From NCBI GenBank assembly GCA_002373875.1, contig DFKQ01000060.1:12993-76992 (forward strand): a stretch of DNA of 64,000 nt. Reading direction: 5' to 3'. Positions 52,831-62,596 of this stretch are shown piece after piece. The first letter of the stretch is position 1, and each line of letters opens with the position of its first letter. A program made the position numbers and the translations under genes. The notes below the pieces were generated by a model, which saw nothing but the letters and a program-made list of their open reading frames with translations, had not been told where the DNA came from and ran no database searches. This stretch comes from Lachnospiraceae bacterium UBA3641 (GTDB taxonomy: Bacteria; Bacillota; Clostridia; Lachnospirales; Lachnospiraceae).

Positions 52831-55800
52831 TTATCTGACCGTAATATTAATGGTGCATTTCCCGCTGCTTCCATCATTTGGAGCAATTGTAACCTTGTAC
52901 TTTCCCTTCTTATTACCGATAATATAGGCCCCATAAGCGGCTACTCCTCCGGAAGTGGCCTTTTTTATACCCAGTCCCTGCTTATTTACCTTGACATCGA
53001 ATTCATAACTCGGAGTTCCGGATAGATCAGCCAGACTTGACACAAATATTTTGGCGGCTCCCACTGTCCCGGTCTCATTAAGCTTAATAACTACATTTCT
53101 CGTATAAGGCACCATTTTTGTAATATTTGCGCAACAGTAAACGGAATATCGTGCCTGTACACCGCTTCCGTCCTTGGCCGTCGCCGTGATCGTAGCGTAG
53201 CCGACGGATGACTTAGCCTTAACCTTACCGCTTCCGTTAACACTTATACAAGACGGATTACTTGATTTATAAGTGAACTTTGTCGAGGCATTGCTTACAG
53301 GGCCATAGTCAGTCTCTATTATGGTTGACAGCTTTATGCTCTTGCCCCTCGCCAGATGATCAGACCTGCCCTCCGGAAGCGCAAGTCTTATGGCTGAAGG
53401 CGGATTCACAACCGTAACCTTTAACTCTTTCCTGATCCCCGATCCATCGGTCGAAGCCACCGTGATAATGGCTGTTCCCGTTCCTTTACCGGTAGCAAGA
53501 ACCGTAAGATAAGAAGCTGTACAAGCTGCAGTTACGATTCCCGGATTTGAGCTTGTCACAGTTAAATAATTCTTATCAGTTATCTTATCCCCCGAAGCAT
53601 TAATGGCCGAAATAACAACCTGCCCCCCATTCGGGCACGAATATGCATTTCTTACTCTGAAGATCGTAAGCTTCGAACTGCCCAGAGATATAGACTTTAC
53701 CCCACTCTTCGCTTCACGTATATAAAAGAGGACTCTGTTGTATACGTTGCTTCCATCTGCTGCCGTAGCCTGTATCCCATATTGCCCGGCCACTGTCTTG
53801 GCTGATGTCGTAACTTTACCGCTTCCCGGATTGACCTTAACGCCGCAGTCATCAATCGTGGTTGACGAGGGAACCACATATAATGACCAGGTTACCTTTT
53901 GGTCAGATGCCGCAGCAGGCAGCACCGCTGCCTTAGCCGTGAATCCCTTACCCGCTGTTATATAACCATTAACATTCGGATATGTTATATTTACACCTGT
54001 CACATACTGCTTAACCGTAACATTTACTTTTTTTACAATACCGCTCCCATCCGCTGCGGCAAGTGTCATCACTGCCTTACCGGACGAAACGCCCGTAATC
54101 TTGAGAGTTTTTCCGCTGATAGCGGCAGTTGCAACAGATGTGTCTGATGATGTCACCTTAACATACCCGCTTATGCCACCGGGTTCTGTCCCGTCGCTCA
54201 TGGTTACATCTATATCTGTTTCGACCGTTTTGCCATTATATACAGTCAGCTTATCCGACCTTGGTTTTATCGTTTTAACACACTTATCCGGCGAAGCGAT
54301 CGTTACCGTTAATGTTCCTGACTTATTGCTTCCGTCAAGGGTAGTGGCTGTTACAGTGCAGGAAGTGGCCTTAGCCCCTGCTGATACCATAAGGAGACCG
54401 GATGCGTTAATCGATATACCTGTCATGTCCGATGCGGTGACCGTCCATTTAACCTTTTTATCGGCAACATAGGCCGGCGACACAGCAGCCTCGATCTGCA
54501 GGTTAGCACCCCTTTTTACCGTATTAACTCTGTTTTTACCGCTTACCGTTACCGAGTCAGCCTTAGGCTTCAGGTTATAGGTAAACGCCACCTGCCTACT
54601 TGCAAGCCTGTTTGTATCACTTACGGTGAGAGCTCTCAGCACTGCCTTGGATGATCCCGTCATGCTTATTGTATTTCCCGCAGTATAAGCCTTCGCATTT
54701 GATGATATAACACCGGCCTTATATGTAATCCCACTCCCGTCAATGGTATAGTAGATCGTAGCTCCGGGAATCGAATTAAATTTAACATTGACCGATTTCC
54801 TGTCGTAGGTACCGGGCTTTGTGTCAACGCTCGGCTCTGACGGAGCCGATAAAGATGTTGTCAGTCCAAGACATTTGGCAAGATTTGGTGTTCCTTTACC
54901 TACTCCGGATTTAATACATCCCGATTCCATCCAGCTTTTGAGATTCTCGACCTTAGTTTCTCCGGTTCCCGTAACCCTGCCCGTACTAAGCAGCACTGCC
55001 CCGACACCTGCAATAGCAGGGGTTGCCTGACTGGTACCGCTCATGGAATCATATGAAGAGCTTGAATCATTTGCCACAGAATATATATCCACACCGGGAC
55101 CTGTAAAATCAATATCTCCCCGGTTTGAAAAATAAGTCAATTTGTTATTACGATCAACCGCCGCAACCGATATGGCACCCTTGTATCTGGCCGGATAACC
55201 GATAGCATTTGTTGATTCATTGCCTGCTGCGCAGAATACCGCCACTCCATTTTTATATGCGTTTTGTACAGATGTTTTAAGAGGTTCACTGTATGCGGAA
55301 CCCGTGATACTGATATTGATAACATCGACCTTGTAAGTGTTCACGGCATAGTCTATCGCACTGATCAGTCCGCTGTCGCTTATCGAATTATTACTTTTAT
55401 TAACATTTATAACATACAGAGAAGCTCCATAAGCTACCCCGCTGCCTCCCTTTAAGTTATTTCCGGTTGCCTTTATAATACCGGAAACATTTGTACCATG
55501 CCCGTTTATATCGGTAGCTGCGCTGATACCATCCTCTCCGCAGCCTCTTTTCCCGACAGTTGTAATATCCTCATGGCTGTCTATTATTCCCGTATCTATT
55601 ACACATACCTTAACACCTGCCCCGGTATAACCTGCCTGCCATGCGTATTTGGAGCCGATGAGATCATGATGCCACTGGTACATTTCATCTGTCGGCTTTA
55701 ACATGGGGTCATTGCCCTGATCGCTAATGCTGCCTCCGTCGGCAACTATTTCACCATCCTCATCATAGAATTCCACAGTCCCTCCGTCAGGACTTATTTC

Positions 55801-56493
55801 TATATCTTCGGGCGTCATGGCATACCAGGGAAGCTCTTCCTCATCCCCCTTATTCACGCAGGAATCCGTATCATTCTCCATATCAGGCTCAGAACCCTGA
55901 TCCGCAGCTTCCACTGCAGGCTTCGAAATGTCGGGCTCAATAATATCATCGCACAGATACCTGTAGTAATCAGGCCATGCCGCCGGAAGTCTTGTTCTTT
56001 CATCGGCAGACGCAACAACCGCATCGATCACAGTAGCTTCAGGCCTCTCCGGATCTTCATTAAGCTCGATCACGGCAAGATCGTTGTTATAGGATACAAG
56101 CTCACCGTTAAAAGCTTCAGCGTATTTCTCCGCTTCATCAGGTGCAGCTGCCTCAACAAGTATCCTGTCCTCAACATAATCCCTGCCTTCTTCAAGATCA
56201 TTGTTCTGATCTACATGCTCACTGAGCAGAGCCTTATCATCAAGCATCCGGGAGCTTATCGCAAAGCCGTCATCAAGTCCGGGAAACATTCCGTTATTTA
56301 TCTCATTTTGACTGACACCGATGTTACCATCAACCGGTTCTTCATCAAATATCTCAATTTCATCTGCGATTCCGTTCCCCGACACGGACAGCGCATCCTT
56401 CATTACGACATCTGCCGCACTTACGCTTTCGCCTGTCAGCATAACAATGCACATGACAATGGCAAGACATCTCGTCAGGTAATTCCGTTTCAT
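52831..56493 (-). CDS. Secreted S8 (subtilisin-family) serine peptidase with a long C-terminal array of Big_2 Ig-like domains
   Basis: 1220 aa. Signal peptide MKRNYLTRCLAIVMCIVML. Catalytic triad contexts VCVIDTGI (Asp), NGHGTNVSGII (His) and SGTSQATPAIAG (Ser). After residue ~560 there are repeated ~85-aa modules of the type VTSSDTSVATA..GKAVMTLAAADGSG..V.VTV. Confidence 0.9.
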   Translation of the reverse strand: MKRNYLTRCLAIVMCIVMLTGESVSAADVVMKDALSVSGNGIADEIEIFDEEPVDGNIGVSQNEINNGMFPGLDDGFAISSRMLDDKALLSEHVDQNNDLEEGRDYVEDRILVEAAAPDEAEKYAEAFNGELVSYNNDLAVIELNEDPERPEATVIDAVVASADERTRLPAAWPDYYRYLCDDIIEPDISKPAVEAADQGSEPDMENDTDSCVNKGDEEELPWYAMTPEDIEISPDGGTVEFYDEDGEIVADGGSISDQGNDPMLKPTDEMYQWHHDLIGSKYAWQAGYTGAGVKVCVIDTGIIDSHEDITTVGKRGCGEDGISAATDINGHGTNVSGIIKATGNNLKGGSGVAYGASLYVINVNKSNNSISDSGLISAIDYAVNTYKVDVINISITGSAYSEPLKTSVQNAYKNGVAVFCAAGNESTNAIGYPARYKGAISVAAVDRNNKLTYFSNRGDIDFTGPGVDIYSVANDSSSSYDSMSGTSQATPAIAGVGAVLLSTGRVTGTGETKVENLKSWMESGCIKSGVGKGTPNLAKCLGLTTSLSAPSEPSVDTKPGTYDRKSVNVKFNSIPGATIYYTIDGSGITYKAGVISSNAKAYTAGNTISMTGSSKAVLRALTVSDTNRLASRQVAFTYNLKPKADSVTVSGKNRVNTVKRGANLQIEAAVSPAYVADKKVKWTVTASDMTGISINASGLLMVSAGAKATSCTVTATTLDGSNKSGTLTVTIASPDKCVKTIKPRSDKLTVYNGKTVETDIDVTMSDGTEPGGISGYVKVTSSDTSVATAAISGKTLKITGVSSGKAVMTLAAADGSGIVKKVNVTVKQYVTGVNITYPNVNGYITAGKGFTAKAAVLPAAASDQKVTWSLYVVPSSTTIDDCGVKVNPGSGKVTTSAKTVAGQYGIQATAADGSNVYNRVLFYIREAKSGVKSISLGSSKLTIFRVRNAYSCPNGGQVVISAINASGDKITDKNYLTVTSSNPGIVTAACTASYLTVLATGKGTGTAIITVASTDGSGIRKELKVTVVNPPSAIRLALPEGRSDHLARGKSIKLSTIIETDYGPVSNASTKFTYKSSNPSCISVNGSGKVKAKSSVGYATITATAKDGSGVQARYSVYCCANITKMVPYTRNVVIKLNETGTVGAAKIFVSSLADLSGTPSYEFDVKVNKQGLGIKKATSGGVAAYGAYIIGNKKGKYKVTIAPNDGSSGKCTINITVR

Positions 56494-56516
56494 CTTGATC
56501 CCCTTTCAAATATGAC

Positions 56517-56918
56517 CTAATCCGCAAACCTTTTATAGTTGTACGACAGGGCAGGATATCCTTTTCTTACGCCATCTTCCATCATACTGTTTATATCAAT
56601 CCCATCATCTGCCAGAAATACAGCAAGTCCTTCATTGTAGCTGTCCAGCTCTATACCATACAGGGCAGCCGCTTCCTCAGCTTTATCCCTGCTATCAAAG
56701 CTCCCGATCAGCTGGATATACCCATCCGTTTTTACCATCATGGATTCCTGCACGAAATTGGAAGATAATGTCTGTTCCACAGGATATTCATATCTTCTTT
56801 TATTCATGTTGATAAAAATAATAATACCCGCAGCCAAAAGCACTCCGGCTGCGGATAATACAATACCAGTCATCCTCTTGCTCTTTTTTAAATCCGTTCC
56901 CGTTCCGTTATCAGGCAT
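56517..56918 (-). CDS. Small membrane-anchored protein with a protease-propeptide (I9-like) domain
   Basis: The start is uncertain (ATG at 56918 or 56873). It has one TM helix (GIVLSAAGVLLAAGIIIF). The C-terminal AEEAAALYGIELDSYNEGLAVFL parallels the S8 protein's N-terminal AEKYAEAFNGELVSYNNDLAVIEL. Confidence 0.5.
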   Translation of the reverse strand: MPDNGTGTDLKKSKRMTGIVLSAAGVLLAAGIIIFINMNKRRYEYPVEQTLSSNFVQESMMVKTDGYIQLIGSFDSRDKAEEAAALYGIELDSYNEGLAVFLADDGIDINSMMEDGVRKGYPALSYNYKRFAD

Positions 56919-57837
56919 TCGCAAGTTCACACAGTTCCTTAAGCATCTTGGGAAGTCCTTCATTCATGGTCTCATCCGAGAACTGGCAGGTACCCACCTT
57001 CTCATGACCGCCTCCGTTATACTTAAGCATAAGATGACCCACATTAACCTTGCAGGTCTTATTGAGTATGCTGTAACCGACTGCGGCAGAACATCCGTGA
57101 CCGCCTCGTCCGTTAACTATCCAGGCGGATATGTTCTGCTCAGGATACATGCTGTATATCATGAAGCGGTTTCCTGTATATATAGGGTCAACACCGCGCA
57201 GATCGCTTATTATTACATTCCCTTCCGTGCGGGTATGGGCCTTAACCATCTCCTTGAACTTGGCCGTCTGCTCCTCATAAACCTCTATACGCTCCTTAAC
57301 ATCAGGCATGGCAAGAATCTCGGCAGTTGACTTATCCTTGCAGGCGACCATCAGCTTCTCCATAAGCTGATAATTGGATACTGTGAACTGTCTCCATCTT
57401 CCAAGACCGGTCCTTGGATCCATAAGGAATCCCACAAGGATCCATCCCTGTGGATTCATGATCTCATCTATCGTAAGGTTGCCCGAATCAACCTTGTCAA
57501 CAGCAACCATCATTTCATCGAAGTTCGGAAATGTCTCCTTGCCGCCGTAATACTCGTATATGATACGGGCACATGAAGGAGTGATCCTGCTCTCTCCCTT
57601 GTATTTGCCCTCGAGCTGGTTGCGCTCAAATTCACTGGAATGATGATCAAACCACAGGCCGCATCCTTCCACATAAGGAACATTGGCAAGACAGTCATTC
57701 TCATTTATCTCCACAAGTCCATCCTGAAGATCCTTGGGATGCGCAAATGTCCAATGATCAACAACTCCTGCTGCAAGCAACAGAGCTCCGCAAGCCAGTC
57801 CGTCGAAGTCCGATCTCGTTACCAACCTCATAGCCAT
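56911..57837 (-). CDS. DHH-superfamily phosphoesterase (NrnB/exopolyphosphatase-related type)
   Basis: 308 aa. Motif I TRSDFDGLACGALL and the DHH motif LWFDHHSSE. Confidence 0.7.
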   Translation of the reverse strand: MAMRLVTRSDFDGLACGALLLAAGVVDHWTFAHPKDLQDGLVEINENDCLANVPYVEGCGLWFDHHSSEFERNQLEGKYKGESRITPSCARIIYEYYGGKETFPNFDEMMVAVDKVDSGNLTIDEIMNPQGWILVGFLMDPRTGLGRWRQFTVSNYQLMEKLMVACKDKSTAEILAMPDVKERIEVYEEQTAKFKEMVKAHTRTEGNVIISDLRGVDPIYTGNRFMIYSMYPEQNISAWIVNGRGGHGCSAAVGYSILNKTCKVNVGHLMLKYNGGGHEKVGTCQFSDETMNEGLPKMLKELCELANA

Positions 57838-57992
57838 AACAAAATACCTCCCGCTTAAGCTATTTCATTCTTTTATTGTAAAATATTTACATGTAATAAA
57901 TCAAGAGTATATTGAATAATTCTACCCTTATGCTCATCTGAACATCGTAAGAAGTACTCCGTACTTCTTTTGATACGCTCGCCGCTATGGCA

Positions 57993-58038
57993 TCATAAGG
58001 AATCCACCACTTGCTTCGCTTCGTGGTACCCCTTATGA
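57993..58038 (-). repeat. Hairpin module H3 of the intergenic repeat family
   Basis: Minus strand: TCATAAGGGGTACCACGAAGCGAAGCAAGTGGTGGATTCCTTATGA. It has the same outer stem and GCGAAGC tip as H1 and H2. The flank GATGCCATAG matches the H2 flank GATGCCATTAG. It abuts the stop of 58039-60642. Confidence 0.45.
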
Positions 58039-60642
58039 TCATCGAAACATCAGTCTGCCGCCACAGTAATACCTTGCGAAATCATCCGAATCGATCACAG
58101 CCCTCATTTCAAAGAGGCCGCCGGCCTTCTTGGCGTTCATTGGATCACCGGTACATAGGTAGTATTCCTTATCATCACCGGATGATCTGTAGTAATAATA
58201 GTCACCGTAATGGCTGTATACAGATGCTCCAAACTCTACAGGCATCATGATCGTGGGGTAGTTCTCATCATATGACATTTTTTTGATACAAATATCATTC
58301 GTATTGTTATGATCGGAAATACCACCGTCAAGGCCCATGTTCTGCTCGGGAATAAATGCATCAAGCTCCTGCTCTTCGCCGTTGCCATCCGTAAAAAAGA
58401 AGATTCCGTCTTTAATATATGAGTCCGCGCCCAACATTGTCATCTCACTGCCGTAAATATTCTCTATGTTTCTGTATTTGAAGCCATGCCTTCCGTTGTT
58501 TGCCCCAAGATATCCGGTGCAATAGCCAATGCTTCCGGTTTTACCCGTTTTGGAAGGGTAGGAGGCTATAACCGTTTCGCCGGCCCTTATATCTATCGGC
58601 TCACCGTCAAAACTGATCTCTATATGGCCCCCATCTGTTACAACCGATGTTATCTCCCTGCAGGCTCCGCCTTCGATCCCGTTTTCATCCTCATCTTCTG
58701 TCCTATCGGCCCTCTGCATGACTTCTTCGGTTCCATTCGGACCTCCCGCATTCTCCAGAGCTCCCCATCCGTCAGAAGCGGTCAGAAATACAACCGACGA
58801 TCCTTCTTCAAGCTTTTGAGTAGCATAGAAGTCATTCACAACTATCTTGTTGGAGGCTTGCATGCTTTGCAGGGCTATGGCCGTATTTTTGTTATTGTAA
58901 TCCTTGATCTGACTGTAATAGTATAGATCCTGTTCACCTGCCATTAAGGAGGTCGCGTCCATACACCCTGTTTCCACCATGAAAAGCTTCTGTATCGCAG
59001 AATACATGTTATAGCCCAGGGCCCGGTAACCGTCCCCATTGCTCCTTGCCATTACCCTCATATCATCATACTTCATATTTACAGCCGGATAAACACCTGC
59101 CTTGCTTAGAAGCACATCATTCTCCACACTCCCCAGATAAGCTCCGATGTAAACATGCTCTTTTTCTTCACCACCGTCCAAAAATACCGGATCTATAACG
59201 TAACCGTCATGTTCTGTTCCGCTTATCCATATCTGTTCCGTATCATCTGTTTGGATCCTTTTAATATAAAACTTCGGGATCTCAACCATTACATTTCCGT
59301 TTGTACCATCATCGGAGTAGCCCGGCTGTCCCTGATATACCACCGTCATCCCGTTTTCATCATTCACCAGATTACACAGTCTGATCTCCGACCACGGATA
59401 AGCCAGATCAAAATCATTCCCTGTACCGCCTACCCATTCATTATCGGCATAGTAATCAAAGTGCATACCTACGGCATCCCCAAGCCTGCGTCCCGCCGAA
59501 ATCCCGCGAGACGTCGAAAATTCCACGCCATACTCCGCATCAACGCTGCCGGTAGTTCTCTCACCCTTCTCTTCAACTATGACTTTACCGCACACTTCAC
59601 CCTGCATAAATATTCCTGCTCCGTCATAAATTGCAGGGGGAACAATGTCAAGATCCTGCATATACGTTCCATTAACATACAGGGACCATTTACCGTCCTC
59701 GTATCTGACCGACTGGCCGCTCGTCAGGTCCGGGAGTTCACATGAACTTGCTCCCGAATCCGAGAAACCCTGCAGCATTGTGCCGTAATACATTACGATT
59801 CCCCTGCTGTCGGAAAATGTTCTTCCGTCTATTGATTCATCTGCGTAAGTAACACGGCATTTTACAGCATCTTCAGGGATATTCATTATTGAATAAGACC
59901 TGTTATTAAGTTCTATCGACCCCATTCTGCACAGGACATTCTCACCTTCCTCCTGTGTATTTTCCTCTTCCTCCTCATTCTCTTCATAATAAAGGTCTTC
60001 TATATTCGAAATCTCACCATTTGCATTCATAAACTGCCATACCGCACAGTTCATATCGCCCGTAAGTATTATCGAGCCCTTACTCTTGTCAACTTCCGTC
60101 CATGGGGTTGTCCTGCAGCCCTTCTCATCCGTGAGTTCATCTCTTATGCCGTTCACCCTGCCCGTATCATAACCCTCGGGCGTTATGTCTTCACCCTTGA
60201 AGATCAGTTCCATCCCCTGCGTGAAGCCGACTACCGGCTCTATCGTAATGCTCACCGAATCACTTTCAACATGATAGAAGGGTTCATTCACCGATATCTC
60301 ATTCCCGGCATAATCAGCCATTCCCACGGCAAGCTTATATGTCTTAATTGCGTTTACTTCATCACCAAGCTCCTTATACCATCCCGCAAGCTCTATCTCC
60401 TCTTCAAAGACATCATCCCTGTTGAGACAATAGTATTCCATCTGAGTGACTGCCTTCTTGATATCTCCTTCTTCATAGAACTTATGGGCATGTTCAAGCA
60501 TCTCATCACGATTAAACGTGACAGATCTGCCCTTCTTATGTGTGCCGTATACAACGATTCCCACGCACACAAGTACCCCTATAAGTACCGTTATCAAAAC
60601 AATTCTGACATTTGACCGTTCAAAACTCATATTCTTCCCCAA
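58039..60642 (-). CDS. Large membrane-anchored extracytoplasmic protein of unknown function
   Basis: 867 aa. One N-terminal TM helix (VRIVLITVLIGVLVCVGIVVY), a short TPR-like segment and an acidic linker (EENEEEEENTQEE). The remaining ~600 aa have no motif I can assign. Confidence 0.65.
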   Translation of the reverse strand: MGKNMSFERSNVRIVLITVLIGVLVCVGIVVYGTHKKGRSVTFNRDEMLEHAHKFYEEGDIKKAVTQMEYYCLNRDDVFEEEIELAGWYKELGDEVNAIKTYKLAVGMADYAGNEISVNEPFYHVESDSVSITIEPVVGFTQGMELIFKGEDITPEGYDTGRVNGIRDELTDEKGCRTTPWTEVDKSKGSIILTGDMNCAVWQFMNANGEISNIEDLYYEENEEEEENTQEEGENVLCRMGSIELNNRSYSIMNIPEDAVKCRVTYADESIDGRTFSDSRGIVMYYGTMLQGFSDSGASSCELPDLTSGQSVRYEDGKWSLYVNGTYMQDLDIVPPAIYDGAGIFMQGEVCGKVIVEEKGERTTGSVDAEYGVEFSTSRGISAGRRLGDAVGMHFDYYADNEWVGGTGNDFDLAYPWSEIRLCNLVNDENGMTVVYQGQPGYSDDGTNGNVMVEIPKFYIKRIQTDDTEQIWISGTEHDGYVIDPVFLDGGEEKEHVYIGAYLGSVENDVLLSKAGVYPAVNMKYDDMRVMARSNGDGYRALGYNMYSAIQKLFMVETGCMDATSLMAGEQDLYYYSQIKDYNNKNTAIALQSMQASNKIVVNDFYATQKLEEGSSVVFLTASDGWGALENAGGPNGTEEVMQRADRTEDEDENGIEGGACREITSVVTDGGHIEISFDGEPIDIRAGETVIASYPSKTGKTGSIGYCTGYLGANNGRHGFKYRNIENIYGSEMTMLGADSYIKDGIFFFTDGNGEEQELDAFIPEQNMGLDGGISDHNNTNDICIKKMSYDENYPTIMMPVEFGASVYSHYGDYYYYRSSGDDKEYYLCTGDPMNAKKAGGLFEMRAVIDSDDFARYYCGGRLMFR

Positions 60643-60696
60643 AAAGCTTTATAATCTTCAGCCTGTCATCACATACGCGCCCGAAGAGCGCTGCAC

Positions 60697-60725
60697 AAAA
60701 AAACTGGGGGCATATCTCAGCCCCC
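60697..60725 (-). terminator. Rho-independent terminator after 60821-61408
   Basis: Minus strand: GGGGGC-TGAGATAT-GCCCCC followed by AGTTTTTTTG. Confidence 0.7.
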
Positions 60726-60820
60726 GTCTGCCACAAGCCTTTTGAACTTTGATTAATCACGCGTGACTAATCTCATCCCCGTTCACGGGACGAGAAAAAG
60801 TTTATTACTAAAAAACCGTA

Positions 60821-61408
60821 TTACTTAGGTGCTACTGCATTACATACAATAGCAATAGATGCTATAGGACCTGCAGGCTTATTATAAGTGAGCTTGCCAT
60901 TTTCTATCTTGGTCGGAGTAACAAATTCAACCTGACCGGTAGGCCTCTGTATCATTACGGTATAACTTAACCCATTAACAATAAGACCATTACTTACAAC
61001 GTCTTTACCTGCCTTACCGGAAGGAACAAATGCAGTTACAAGCGCAGCATTCATTCCGATAGCCCTCAGATAATTACTGTATGCAATGATAGTGGTCTTG
61101 CTTACAGGTGCAACTGCCCCGGTATTAGACTGCGATGCAGCAAGAAGAGCAATTAGGCTGTCGGTTATAGGCTGACCTGTGGGAGTTGTGAACACAGGCT
61201 CCTTAGCCGGTTGGCTGCTTGTCGAGCCGGAACTCGAAGAACTGCTGCTCGATGATCCTGAAGATGAATCATTGCTGTCAGGTACCACTCCCCAATAACC
61301 GCCGCCATTTGGTGAAGTCTGGACAAATACACGCTTAGCCGATACCGGTACACACATTGAAATAATGAGCAGAGAAGCGATAACCACTGACATAAATCTC
61401 TTTTTCAC
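60821..61408 (-). CDS. Secreted protein with a poly-Ser linker, unknown function
   Basis: 195 aa. GTG start with a GGGGGA RBS. Signal peptide MKKRFMSVVIASLLIISMCVPVSA, then SSSGSSSSSSSSSGSTSS. No sortase sorting signal was seen. Confidence 0.65.
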   Translation of the reverse strand: MKKRFMSVVIASLLIISMCVPVSAKRVFVQTSPNGGGYWGVVPDSNDSSSGSSSSSSSSSGSTSSQPAKEPVFTTPTGQPITDSLIALLAASQSNTGAVAPVSKTTIIAYSNYLRAIGMNAALVTAFVPSGKAGKDVVSNGLIVNGLSYTVMIQRPTGQVEFVTPTKIENGKLTYNKPAGPIASIAIVCNAVAPK

Positions 61409-61450
61409 TTTGCGAAGTCCCCCTTTCTAAAGAGTGCTTGTGACTTAAAC

Positions 61451-61478
61451 ATTATACACTAAAATTTACTAGTTTGCA
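61451..61478 (-). promoter_or_regulatory. Candidate promoter for 60821-61408
   Basis: Minus strand: TGCAAA-16 nt-TATAAT, with TG immediately upstream of the -10 hexamer. Sequence-only prediction. Confidence 0.3.
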
Positions 61479-61480
61479 TC

Positions 61481-62596
61481 TCATCTGTCAACTTCTTTAT
61501 AAAAGAGCCTTATTACAAGAGCCCTTAAAGCCTCCTCATCCGGATAAAAATGCTCATATCCGTCATCCTTAAGTATCGTTTCACCTTCCATCGTATATAT
61601 ACCGTCACTGTCAAAAGAGAATCCGGCATATTCAGATGCCAGAAAACTCATCTCATCTACCGTAAGATCAGTTACGATATATTCCTTGAGCTTACTGTAT
61701 AAGCTTATCGGAAGCGTGATATCCTCTTTCGTTTCATCTCTCAGCTTTTTAACCAGCTCAGTAAGATAGAGCTTCTGCCTTGCCAGTCTCTTCCTGGCAC
61801 TTTCGAACTCTTCCGTATCTCTCTTTCTTACAAAATCAACAGAATCTTTACCGTTTAATGTAACCGTGGCCCCGGCTATCCATGCGCTGTTTATCTTAGG
61901 AAGATCATCCATCCCCTCAGGTATGGTAAGAGTTACTCCTCCGATCGCGTCGTTTATCTTTGGTATCGCTTCATATCCTACGGACATATAGGCATGTATC
62001 GGCATATCAAAAATAAGCTTGCTAACGGCATCCCTTGTAAGTGTACAGGAGTACTCACCGCCTCCGCCAAAAGCATGCTGAATGGCTATCGGACCGTCAT
62101 ATATTACATCTGCGTCATTTTGTCCCATAGAAGCCATAGTTATCGGCACTTCCGTATTTCTGTTAACTGCCAGAATCCTGATGGTCTCATCCACAGGATT
62201 GATTATCACAAGAAAAAGGCCGTCTGCCTGTCCACCGCTCGTCTTAGCGACAACTTCAGGGTCCGTTGCCTGATTATGGGCATTATCTATTCCCATGACA
62301 AGAAAAGTTCGTATCCGGTCGTTATACTCATAAACCTTGCCGTCAAGGCTCACCCATCCGTCCTGCCAGTCACTTGAGTAGATCGACTCTGTCTTCATCT
62401 GCGAATTCTCTTCCTCCGTGATGGAAGGTCCTTCACTGTTCGCATTCTTACTGAGCCTGTCTCTTCCAAGGATAATCATTATCTTAACCGTTGCGGCCAG
62501 GATCACGATCACGGCAAGAATACACCCAAATATTATCAGGACCCGCCTAAGTATGTATTCGCTTCTTGTCACTCCTCTTCTACCCATTCTCATCAT
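61481..62596 (-). CDS. LytR-CpsA-Psr (LCP) family glycopolymer-to-peptidoglycan phosphotransferase
   Basis: 371 aa. N-terminal TM anchor. LCP core FLVMGIDN...GQADGLFLVIINPVDETIRILAVNRNTEV. Confidence 0.85.
   Translation of the reverse strand: MMRMGRRGVTRSEYILRRVLIIFGCILAVIVILAATVKIMIILGRDRLSKNANSEGPSITEEENSQMKTESIYSSDWQDGWVSLDGKVYEYNDRIRTFLVMGIDNAHNQATDPEVVAKTSGGQADGLFLVIINPVDETIRILAVNRNTEVPITMASMGQNDADVIYDGPIAIQHAFGGGGEYSCTLTRDAVSKLIFDMPIHAYMSVGYEAIPKINDAIGGVTLTIPEGMDDLPKINSAWIAGATVTLNGKDSVDFVRKRDTEEFESARKRLARQKLYLTELVKKLRDETKEDITLPISLYSKLKEYIVTDLTVDEMSFLASEYAGFSFDSDGIYTMEGETILKDDGYEHFYPDEEALRALVIRLFYKEVDR

Noticed and set aside
52818-52833. Convergent genes (the 535-aa membrane protein and the S8 protease) are separated by only 10 bp, with no terminator hairpin.
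   Set aside because: This is unusual but not interpretable from sequence alone. Termination may occur inside the opposing gene. I noted it only.
57951-57967. Hairpin GAAGTAC-TCC-GTACTTC followed by TTTTG on the plus strand, which looks like a terminator.
   Set aside because: No plus-strand gene ends upstream of it. It is more likely part of the repeat-element copy at 57940-58038, or a terminator for antisense transcription. The evidence is insufficient to call it.
58039-60642. Possible prophage tail-fibre or defence-system interpretation of the right-hand region.
   Set aside because: The window contains no phage structural, integrase, nuclease, helicase, methyltransferase or toxin-antitoxin signatures. 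The fibre-like impression rests on two short motifs only.
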